A stretch of 32,000 nt of DNA from the NCBI RefSeq assembly GCF_009734345.1, contig NZ_CP032551.1:1560001-1592000 (forward strand). The letters run 5' to 3'. Origin of the DNA: Pseudidiomarina andamanensis (GTDB lineage: Bacteria; Pseudomonadota; Gammaproteobacteria; Enterobacterales; Alteromonadaceae). Below the pieces are notes generated by a model, which worked only from the letters and a program-made list of their open reading frames with translations, did no database searches and had not been told where the DNA came from. How positions within the stretch are numbered: the first letter of the stretch is position 1; every line of letters begins with the position of its first letter. This document shows positions 18,600 to 26,508 of this stretch, one piece after another. Both the position numbers and the translations under genes were made by a program.

Positions 18600-21227
18600 C
18601 CACACTAATAGTTCAGTTAGCGGCAACGGCTTACAGAATAAGTAGCCTTGCATAAAATCGCAGGCATAGCGTGTGAGATAATCGCGTTCTGCCTTGGTTT
18701 CAACGCCTTCACCGACAACCTCAATACCGAGTTCCGCAGCCATTGTCAGAACCCCTCGCGTAATGGCAGCGTTACGTGGATTGCTATCAATATCTTGCAC
18801 AAAACAACGGTCAATTTTGAGTTTTTGTGCTGGTATCACATTTAAGTAACTTAAACTGGCGAAGCCGGTGCCGAAATCGTCCAGCGCAATTTCAAGACCA
18901 AGTTCGCGTAACTCGTCCATCATTTTTAAAGCTCCGGTTGAGTCACGGAGCAATACGTTTTCGGTAATTTCGGCAACGAGTTGATTCGGTTTAATTTGAT
19001 ATTTTTTAAGTACATCAGCAACCGACTGGATGAAGTCATCACGATAAAACTGCATGGGTGAGAAGTTCACGCTCACTTGGCCAATACCCGCTTCACGCAA
19101 TACAGCTAAATCTTTACAGGCTTGCTCTAATACCCAATTGCCAATTGCCACAATTTGCCCTGTGCGTTCCGCCAGTGGAATAAAATCAGCCGGCGAGATA
19201 TAGCCACGTTCAGGGTGCTTCCAGCGCACTAATGCTTCTGCACCAACAATACTACCGGTACGAGACACAATTGGTTGATAAAATACTTCAAACTGACCTT
19301 TTTGAATGGCATCTTGCAACTGCGCTCGCAGTGTAATTTGTTGTTGAGTATCGAGATCTAAATCTGGAGAAAACCACTGGTAAGTACCACTACCGCGGCG
19401 CTTCGCTTCATACATGGCCACGTCGGCTTGTTGAATGAGTTCATTCGGATTCTTCACCGCAATTTCGCTACTCGCGATACCTATGGCTGCCGACAAACTG
19501 ACCTCTGCATCTTCGTATACAAACGGGGCATCGAATTGACTCAAAATTTGGCGCGCCAACGGAATCACATCTTCATCGCGGGTCACACTTTGAATGACGG
19601 CAACAAACTCATCACCGCCGAAGCGCGCCAGCAAATCTTGTGTCGGCATGACGCTACTCAATCGTTGGGCGGTCTGCACTAAGATGTGATCACCACACTC
19701 ATGCCCAAGACTATCGTTCACCGGCTTGAAGCCATCTAAGTCAATAAATAATACATAAACGCGCGCATCGTTATTGCTCACCGAGCGCTGTAAAAAACGC
19801 TCCAAAGCCGTTCTATTTGGAAGCCCTGTTAATACATCGTGCTCGGCGTTGTAAGCCAACTCTGCTTCGCGCTCAACCCGCTCAGAAATATCGTTTTGCA
19901 AGCCAACGAAATGGCTCACCTCGCCATTCACATCACGTACCGGCGAAATAATCAGCTCATTCCAAAATGGTTTACCATCTTTTCGGTAGTTACGAATCGT
20001 GCAACGAATTTCGTGCTGTTCGCGCAACGCCTTAGATATTTGCTGAACGGTATTGGGGTCAGTGTCTACCCCCTGAAGAATACGACAATTGCGCCCAATC
20101 ATGTCGTCTGGCTCATACCCACTAATAGCGGTAAACGCTGGGTTAATATAGATAATTGGAAAGCCTGGGCGGCGGGCGTCGCTAATCACCACACCGTTGG
20201 TGCTCGCCTCAACGCTCCGGTTCAGAATTTGCAAGCGCTCTTCATAATCACTCTGCTGAGTAATATCTTTACCAATGCCATGTACGCCAGCTATTTTGCC
20301 GTCGACAATCATCGGCATATTGGTAATTTCGAGTTTCTTCAAGGCACCTTTGCTATTAAATATTCTTAGCTGATAATGCTGTGGTTCACCAGCCTTTGCA
20401 GCCTCAAAATGGCGACGTGCTAAATCACGGTCTTCTTCAACTATGCCTAATTGGTAGTGTTGACCAAGTAATTCTTGTTCGGTCAGCTCCAGCAGCTTCT
20501 CACTGGCAGTGTTCACACTGGTAAAGTAGCCGTTCAAATCAAGGGTATAGACAGCTTCGGGATTATGTTCGAAGAGCGATGCCGTTTGCTGTTCACTACG
20601 TAATCGCTCTATGCGATCTTGATGTTGCGCGATAACCAACGAAATGAGGTCGCGATTTCGCTCAATAAGTCGTCCTTCGTCTTCCGTTGGTATCCGAGCT
20701 TGTGTGGAATACAACGCAAATGTGCCAAGTAAACTCCTGTCTGTTGGCGAAAACACAGGAAATGACCAGGCTGCGCGAAAGTTATATTGATCAATAAGCG
20801 CCAAGAACGCCTCAAATCGCGAATCATTAAGCATGTCGGCAACAATCACCGGCTCCTTCAGTGCAGCAGCCGTACCACAAGCGCCGACACCGTCAGTTAT
20901 CGGCAAACCCTGAAGCGCTTTGCTGAATTCAAGAGGTAGCGATTTGACTGCGACAACGTCGAGTGCGAGCCCTTGTGCATTCACCATCATGACGGACGCG
21001 AAACAATCAGGAATTTGTAACTCAACGAGTTCACAAATATCTGCAAGCTTGTCACTTAGCGGATGGTCCTGCGCCAGTGAACTCAAGGTATCGTATTCAG
21101 CATCGATAAAAGCCTGAAGGTGCTGTGTTTGTTTGCGCGCACGGCGCCAAAACATCAATGCTAACAACAAAGCAATGACGAGCACTGACGCCAATCCTAT
21201 GATAATTCCGCCTGAATAGTGCTCCAC
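18585..21227 (-). CDS. Membrane-anchored GAF-PAS-LOV-GGDEF-EAL protein (blue-light-type sensor, diguanylate cyclase/phosphodiesterase)
   Basis: 880 aa with a GTG start and an AAGGA SD 9 nt upstream. One TM helix (aa 7-26), a GAF-like region (aa ~60-200) and a PAS domain (aa ~215-325). The LOV domain (aa ~335-448) carries GRNCRILQG, NYRKDGKPFWNEL and FVGLQNDIS. The GGDEF motif is intact (RFGGDEFVAV). The EAL domain has EALVRW, EITEN, DDFGTG, KIDR, EGVET and QGYLF. Confidence 0.9.
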   Translation of the reverse strand: MEHYSGGIIIGLASVLVIALLLALMFWRRARKQTQHLQAFIDAEYDTLSSLAQDHPLSDKLADICELVELQIPDCFASVMMVNAQGLALDVVAVKSLPLEFSKALQGLPITDGVGACGTAAALKEPVIVADMLNDSRFEAFLALIDQYNFRAAWSFPVFSPTDRSLLGTFALYSTQARIPTEDEGRLIERNRDLISLVIAQHQDRIERLRSEQQTASLFEHNPEAVYTLDLNGYFTSVNTASEKLLELTEQELLGQHYQLGIVEEDRDLARRHFEAAKAGEPQHYQLRIFNSKGALKKLEITNMPMIVDGKIAGVHGIGKDITQQSDYEERLQILNRSVEASTNGVVISDARRPGFPIIYINPAFTAISGYEPDDMIGRNCRILQGVDTDPNTVQQISKALREQHEIRCTIRNYRKDGKPFWNELIISPVRDVNGEVSHFVGLQNDISERVEREAELAYNAEHDVLTGLPNRTALERFLQRSVSNNDARVYVLFIDLDGFKPVNDSLGHECGDHILVQTAQRLSSVMPTQDLLARFGGDEFVAVIQSVTRDEDVIPLARQILSQFDAPFVYEDAEVSLSAAIGIASSEIAVKNPNELIQQADVAMYEAKRRGSGTYQWFSPDLDLDTQQQITLRAQLQDAIQKGQFEVFYQPIVSRTGSIVGAEALVRWKHPERGYISPADFIPLAERTGQIVAIGNWVLEQACKDLAVLREAGIGQVSVNFSPMQFYRDDFIQSVADVLKKYQIKPNQLVAEITENVLLRDSTGALKMMDELRELGLEIALDDFGTGFASLSYLNVIPAQKLKIDRCFVQDIDSNPRNAAITRGVLTMAAELGIEVVGEGVETKAERDYLTRYACDFMQGYLFCKPLPLTELLVWLNDE

Positions 21228-21253
21228 CCAATAATTTCCTTAAAGCTGTGATG

Positions 21254-22498
21254 CTAATCCGTGCGTTGACTTGCGCGAAAGGCATGCCAAAGAAGACCAA
21301 TGCCGACCAATATGAGCCCGACAAACATAATTTGCAACTCAATAAATGCGGCTAGAGACAAACAACTTATTAATCCTAAAAAAGAAATCCAGCGCGGCAC
21401 GAATCGGTCTTCTGTTTTGACACGCAATGCCGCTAAGTTCGTAATACTGTAGTAAACCAATACGGTAAATGCACTGAACGACCAAGCTATTTTCAGGTCG
21501 CCAATCAAGACAATCAGCAACATCACCACAAAGGTGACCCAAATGGCTGACGGTGCCGATGTTCTTTGCTGATTCAACTGCGACCATTGCTGTGGTAAAT
21601 CGCTACGACGTGCCATAGCCAGAACCACCCGTGATACCCCTAGAATTAGGTTTAAAATGACCCCGCACATGGCCACCACAGCACCAATTGCAACCAACTG
21701 ACGCCATATTCCTTCAGGCAGTAAGTTTGATAACACGAAATTGCCACTGGTGCTTAACGGCACATAGTGCAATATGCCCCAACCAACTGCGGCATATAGC
21801 AACGTCACCACAACAACAGTCGCAAGAATTGCACGCGGTATCACGTGACGTGGATTTTGCACTTCTTCGCCCATAGTAGCAATGCGACCGTAGCCGGTAT
21901 AAGCGACAAAAAGCAAACCAGCTGCTGCCAACAAGTTCTGCCAACTTGGTTCGTGGCTTAGTTCTGGGGCCGGCATTGGATTACTCCCGCTTAACGCTAT
22001 AAATACAATCAGTGCACCAATTGCTAGGGCAACTAATATTGCGTTAGCGCGGTTTGAACGACGCAGCCCACCAAGTACAAGCAAGGTGAAGAGTAACAGC
22101 GTGAAGCCGGCAAAAACTTGCACCAACCATGCCGGCCCACCAAGCCAAGCTTGAAGTGCCACGCCAACAGCTAAGGCGGCGGTAGCGGCGCTTGCGCTCT
22201 TGGCTAACACAAATAACCAGCCGGCGGTAAATCCGAGTTGTCGGTTTAAAAATTGATAACCGTATTCATACGTACCACCACTGACGGCATGAATGGCAGC
22301 CAATTGGGCACTCGAAAGACCGTTGAACGTTGCTACTGCAGCGGCAATCAACAGCGCCCAGATAATCCATGAACCCGCCAGCTCAACCCCAAAGCCAATA
22401 CTAACAAAGGCGCCGGTACCAATAATTGAGCCCAACCCAAGCAGAATAGCGCCGCCCAACGACGCACTGCGAACAAGTTGTTGATGAGGTTGATTCAT
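21254..22498 (-). CDS. APC-superfamily amino acid/polyamine permease
   Basis: 414 aa, ~12 predicted TM helices. The N-terminal motif GAILLGLGSIIGTGAFV is typical of APC permeases. The start is 3 nt after the upstream gene's stop, with an SD inside that gene. Confidence 0.85.
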   Translation of the reverse strand: MNQPHQQLVRSASLGGAILLGLGSIIGTGAFVSIGFGVELAGSWIIWALLIAAAVATFNGLSSAQLAAIHAVSGGTYEYGYQFLNRQLGFTAGWLFVLAKSASAATAALAVGVALQAWLGGPAWLVQVFAGFTLLLFTLLVLGGLRRSNRANAILVALAIGALIVFIALSGSNPMPAPELSHEPSWQNLLAAAGLLFVAYTGYGRIATMGEEVQNPRHVIPRAILATVVVVTLLYAAVGWGILHYVPLSTSGNFVLSNLLPEGIWRQLVAIGAVVAMCGVILNLILGVSRVVLAMARRSDLPQQWSQLNQQRTSAPSAIWVTFVVMLLIVLIGDLKIAWSFSAFTVLVYYSITNLAALRVKTEDRFVPRWISFLGLISCLSLAAFIELQIMFVGLILVGIGLLWHAFRASQRTD

Positions 22499-22501
22499 GA
22501 T

Positions 22502-23533
22502 TTATCCTTTATCGGGTTCATCGAAGCGACAATCTTTCGCGATGTCAAAACTTCGCAACCGCTCTTTATGATCATACGCATGACAGGTAAGAATTAGTTC
22601 ATTGACGCCAGTCGCTTTTTTGAAATCGCGCATATATTGATGTACTTGTTCGGCTGTACCTGTCGCAGAATATTTCAAAGCATGATTTGCAGCCGCTAAC
22701 GCCATTGGGTCCACTTTATCTTCAATATTATCGAGTGGCGCTGGTAACGGCCCCGGATTGCCCTGTCGTAACGCCATAAATTGCAGCTGCATCGAACTTT
22801 TAAGACGCTTTGCAGCTTGTTCAGTATCGGCAGCAAACACGTTTAATGCCGCAGCAATATATGGTTTCTCAAGATACGGTGACGGTTTAAAGTTAGTGAT
22901 ATAGGCTTCAATTGCCAGATGAAGATAATCGGGCGCGAAGTGCGAAGCAAAGGCATAAGGTAAACCCAGTTGCGCCGCAAGCTGAGCACCAAACAAGCTG
23001 GAGCCTAACAACCAAACTGGCACGTTAGAGCCTGAACCTGGTACAGCTTTAATTTGCTGATTTGGCTTCGGATCAGCCAAATAACCCAGTAACTCCTGCA
23101 CGTCAGCTGGAAAAGCATCTGCGCTGTCATAAGTGCGACGCAGAGCACGTAGCGTTGCGCCATCAGTACCTGGTGCGCGCCCTAAGCCTAAATCAATTCG
23201 ATTTGGATACAGCGCCGCCAAGGTGCCAAATTGCTCAGCAGCAATCAACGGCGCATGATTTGGAAGCATGATACCGCCAGCACCAATTCGAATTGTTTTT
23301 GTTTGCGAACCGATATACGCCAAGGCAACGGCAGTCGCGGCGCTGGCAATACCGGTCATATTATGATGCTCGGCCATCCAATATCGATGATATCCCCACG
23401 CCTCCACATGACGAGCGAGATCGGCGGAATTGAGTAACGACTCGCGCGCGTTACTACCTTCGATAATCGGTGCTAAATCTAAGACAGAAAGTACAGCCAC
23501 AACAGCTCCTATAACTACTTCTTTGTGAGACAT
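22502..23533 (-). CDS. LLM-class flavin-dependent oxidoreductase (luciferase-like monooxygenase, YhbW-like)
   Basis: 343 aa. [19 protein letters not shown]...[23 protein letters not shown]...[37 protein letters not shown] is collinear with E. coli YhbW. Confidence 0.85.
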   Translation of the reverse strand: MSHKEVVIGAVVAVLSVLDLAPIIEGSNARESLLNSADLARHVEAWGYHRYWMAEHHNMTGIASAATAVALAYIGSQTKTIRIGAGGIMLPNHAPLIAAEQFGTLAALYPNRIDLGLGRAPGTDGATLRALRRTYDSADAFPADVQELLGYLADPKPNQQIKAVPGSGSNVPVWLLGSSLFGAQLAAQLGLPYAFASHFAPDYLHLAIEAYITNFKPSPYLEKPYIAAALNVFAADTEQAAKRLKSSMQLQFMALRQGNPGPLPAPLDNIEDKVDPMALAAANHALKYSATGTAEQVHQYMRDFKKATGVNELILTCHAYDHKERLRSFDIAKDCRFDEPDKG

Positions 23534-23583
23534 TTTAGTATGCTAACAAACAATTATGTAATTTCTTATAAAGGCGGATAGAT

Positions 23584-24039
23584 ATGCAGTATTGGTTGAT
23601 GAAAACCGAGCCTGATGAGTGCAGCATTGATGATTTTGCCAACAATCCAAGTGATGTGATTCGCTGGGATGGTGTGCGCAATTACCAAGCACGAAACTTT
23701 ATGAGAAACATGCATATAGGCGATGAAGTGTTCATCTATCATTCAAGCTGCGCCAAAATTGGCGTTGTTGGTATTGTGCGTGTTACCCGAACGGCTTATC
23801 CAGACCCTGCACAGTTTGATGCTAACTCGCCGTATTTTGATAGTAAAAGCACCAAAGAGAAGCCGCGTTGGGATGCAATTGACCTTCAATTCGTGCGTAA
23901 ATTTCCGCAGGTTATTTCTCTCGATAAGCTGAAATCACTACCCGAGCTAGCTGAAAATCCGCTCGTTAGAAAAGGGAATAGACTAAGCGTGGTGCCATAT
24001 ACAAAGGCAGAACGAGACGCGATTTTAGCGCTAGTTTAA
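23584..24039 (+). CDS. EVE (PUA-like) domain protein
   Basis: 151 aa. MQYWLMKTEPDECSIDDF...WDGVRNYQARNFMR...GDEVFIYHS matches the EVE / thymocyte-nuclear-protein-1-like fold signature. Confidence 0.8.
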   Translation: MQYWLMKTEPDECSIDDFANNPSDVIRWDGVRNYQARNFMRNMHIGDEVFIYHSSCAKIGVVGIVRVTRTAYPDPAQFDANSPYFDSKSTKEKPRWDAIDLQFVRKFPQVISLDKLKSLPELAENPLVRKGNRLSVVPYTKAERDAILALV

Positions 24040-24042
24040 TTA

Positions 24043-24068
24043 CCGGCTAACAGGTAACTGTTAGCTGG
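24043..24068. terminator. Stem-loop between the convergent EVE and GGDEF genes (possible bidirectional terminator, no clear U-tract)
   Basis: CCGGCTAACAG-GTAA-CTGTTAGCTGG forms an 11-bp stem with one G-U pair and a 4-nt loop. The right arm contains the stop codon of the GGDEF gene. The flanks are A/T-rich but lack a T-run. Confidence 0.4.
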
Positions 24069-25044
24069 CAATTAAACTGCAATTACGACCGTTTGATTTA
24101 CTTTGATACAAGGCATTATCTGCGAGCTTTAATAACGTATCCGCATTGAAGCTCGATTCTTTAATAACTGCCACACCAGCACTAATTGTCACGATTTTTT
24201 CAATCGTTTCTTCGTTTGGAATGCTAAGATTCGCCACTTCAGTACGAACTCGCTCAGCAACTTGTAAGGCTTGCTGACACGTTAAATTCGGCAGCAACAT
24301 CACGAATTCTTCACCACCATAACGCGCCACCACATCGGCAGCTCGCTGCGCATGTTCTGACAGTACCTGAGCCACACGTTTCAAACATTTATCGCCGGCT
24401 GTATGACCATAGGTGTCATTAAAGGTTTTGAAGTAGTCGATATCGAAATAAATAAGTGCCAAAGACTGGTTGTTACGTTGTGCACGCGCAATTTCTTTCT
24501 GCAGCGCATCATCGAAATAACGTCGATTCGCCAACTGTGTCAGTTCATCTGTTATCGAGAGTTTTTCGAGACGCTTCATGGCTTGATTTAATTGCGCTGT
24601 ACGCTCTTGCACCTTGGCATCAAGATATTGATTAAGCATCAATAATTCACGCTGCGGATCAATAAAATCTGTCAGGTTATGCGAGGTGCCCCAAATGTGA
24701 GTCACTTCGTCATCATCATTTACAATAGGTACTAAAAAGGTACGGAACAAATACTCTTTATCGTTCACCACAGGCGTATGTTCAAATTCCAATGGTAACT
24801 TGTCAGCTAAGCATTTATGGTATCCATCAAGAATGCCGTCAGGATATTTCCCTGTTGCAATGAGCTCAGAAAATTTCGTTCCAGGTTTTTGTAAAGGGTC
24901 GAGAGCAAGTGCCGCTGGATTAGCGAGAATCATCTCGAAATCGTTGGCAATAGGTTTGCAGATCCAAAACGGATTTAACGATTTTTTCCATAACTGCTTG
25001 AAAAATAAATCCAGCTCTTCTGGATGAAACGGAACCTGCTTCAC
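24061..25044 (-). CDS. PAS-like sensor diguanylate cyclase (GGDEF domain, GGEEF active site, RxxD I-site)
   Basis: 327 aa. An N-terminal ~130-aa PAS-like region is followed by a coiled-coil linker and a GGDEF domain. The motif is RAADVVARYGGEEFVMLL, so an RxxD I-site lies 5 residues before GGEEF. Confidence 0.85.
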   Translation of the reverse strand: MKQVPFHPEELDLFFKQLWKKSLNPFWICKPIANDFEMILANPAALALDPLQKPGTKFSELIATGKYPDGILDGYHKCLADKLPLEFEHTPVVNDKEYLFRTFLVPIVNDDDEVTHIWGTSHNLTDFIDPQRELLMLNQYLDAKVQERTAQLNQAMKRLEKLSITDELTQLANRRYFDDALQKEIARAQRNNQSLALIYFDIDYFKTFNDTYGHTAGDKCLKRVAQVLSEHAQRAADVVARYGGEEFVMLLPNLTCQQALQVAERVRTEVANLSIPNEETIEKIVTISAGVAVIKESSFNADTLLKLADNALYQSKSNGRNCSLIAS

Positions 25045-25138
25045 TGCGGCGCTCTCTCATTTGTTAAACATTTTTAATACATATTTTTAGTGAATTTAAT
25101 ACATCAGAATTAATGTAGCGCAAAATTTGGAGAACGCC

Positions 25139-25585
25139 ATGCGTAAAATTATGACAGTTTTGTTGCTAGCCCTTAGTTTTAATGGCTTTGCGCAAGAAAC
25201 AAGTGAACAAGAAATTACCAAAACTTTACATTGGTTCATGGAAGGTGCCAGCGTTAATAGCGCAGCTGTGCATGAGGGAATTTGGGCCGATGAGTTGGTG
25301 TATACCAGCTCCAGTGGTAAGCGCTTTGGCAAAAGTGAGTTGATGGACGGCGTTCGTAGTGGCGGCGAAATTACTGATGACCCATTGACCAACTACTATA
25401 CCGCTGAAGACATTCAAATTGCCTTTTACGGTGAAACTGCGGTGGTCAATTTCACGCTGGTGAGTCATACCGACAATAATGCCGGTTACTCACGCGAAAC
25501 CTTTTTGAATAGCGGCGTATTCGTTCAACGTGATGGGCGTTGGCAAGCGGTTAACTGGAATGCTACCCGCACTGCCAGTAACTAG
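25139..25585 (+). CDS. Secreted NTF2-like / SnoaL-like (DUF4440-type) small protein
   Basis: The ATG at 25139 has a GGAG SD 6 nt upstream; the track ORF starts at the TTG at 25127. Signal peptide MRKIMTVLLLALSFNGFA-QE. The mature ~125 aa end in RDGRWQAVNW, typical of NTF2-like cones. The fold assignment is from memory only. Confidence 0.55.
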   Translation: MRKIMTVLLLALSFNGFAQETSEQEITKTLHWFMEGASVNSAAVHEGIWADELVYTSSSGKRFGKSELMDGVRSGGEITDDPLTNYYTAEDIQIAFYGETAVVNFTLVSHTDNNAGYSRETFLNSGVFVQRDGRWQAVNWNATRTASN

Positions 25586-26508
25586 TTTTCGAGAAATTCG
25601 ATGACACGCTGTGCCGCTTTCTGCGGCACCTCCACCATGGGCATGTGACCAATCCCTTTGAATATGTACAGTTCGCTTTGCCGAATGCCGCGTTGCCAAA
25701 CCGGCGCGGCGGAAGGGCTGAGAATGCGATCTTGATCGCCCCAAATAATCAGCGTCGGTACTCGGATTAACCCCAAACGATTATCTAGTTGATCGTGAAA
25801 GCGAAAATCTTGAGCAATATGCGCGTAGTTTGATTTTCGTTCGCTATATCTTAGTGCCATGCCGCGCAGCACAAAGTCGGGTACAAATGGTGGTTGTGCC
25901 ATGGTTAGCTCATAAAAGTCAGTAAACTCAGCAGTAGAGTCAATTTCAAATGGCGACTCTCCACGTGCAAACATCTGTTCCGTTTCACTCGGTTCAGGCG
26001 GCGTCACCCCAGCCGGGTTAAATACCACTATTTTATTGGTTTTTAGCGGGTACATGATGGCGAAATTGGCGGCAATCAGACCGCCCATGGAATTACCAAT
26101 GATAGTCGCTCGTTTCACATCTAAAGTTTCCATTAGTTGCGCAATGCGATCAGCTTGCGCAGAAGCCCGATACGACCAACCGCTGAAGTATCCGGATTCA
26201 CCATGACCGGCTAAGTCAGGAATAATCACGTGATAACGCTCATTTAGTTGGTTTGCGAAACGTAACCACAGCTCTTTCGATGCGGTATACCCATGCAGTA
26301 ATATCACCGTTTCTTGTGCATTCACGTTATTGCGCTCGTACACCGCCATTTCCATGTCATCAATGCGCACAAACGATTTCTCAAAGCCATAAAGCTTTGC
26401 CTCTATGGCACCAACAGCATCGTAAACCGCTAGGCCAACGCGCGGATGCAACGAGATCAGCCAAGCGGCAAAAACCAAAACAATGAGGGTAACCAGAAAC
26501 TTTCTCAT
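25582..26508 (-). CDS. Alpha/beta-fold hydrolase (esterase), N-terminal membrane anchor or signal
   Basis: 308 aa. LLHGYTASK oxyanion region, GNSMGG nucleophile elbow, WGDQDR Asp region and GIGHMP His. The start overlaps the BVMO stop (ATGA). Confidence 0.8.
   Translation of the reverse strand: MRKFLVTLIVLVFAAWLISLHPRVGLAVYDAVGAIEAKLYGFEKSFVRIDDMEMAVYERNNVNAQETVILLHGYTASKELWLRFANQLNERYHVIIPDLAGHGESGYFSGWSYRASAQADRIAQLMETLDVKRATIIGNSMGGLIAANFAIMYPLKTNKIVVFNPAGVTPPEPSETEQMFARGESPFEIDSTAEFTDFYELTMAQPPFVPDFVLRGMALRYSERKSNYAHIAQDFRFHDQLDNRLGLIRVPTLIIWGDQDRILSPSAAPVWQRGIRQSELYIFKGIGHMPMVEVPQKAAQRVIEFLEN

Noticed and set aside
19839-20369. 176-aa plus-strand ORF antisense to the LOV/PAS region of the GGDEF-EAL gene. 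Similar cases are 9700-10140, 2200-2595, 4869-5192, 6202-6576 and 5707-6072.
   Set aside because: All lie fully inside strongly supported genes on the opposite strand. They have no recognisable motifs and atypical composition, so I treat them as frame shadows.
24061-25600. By eye, GC content looks lower around the PAS-GGDEF and NTF2-like genes and higher in metX-hom, which might hint at horizontal acquisition.
   Set aside because: This is based on hand counts of a few 60-nt lines only, there are no flanking repeats or mobility genes, and it needs a proper sliding-window GC and codon-usage calculation before any claim.
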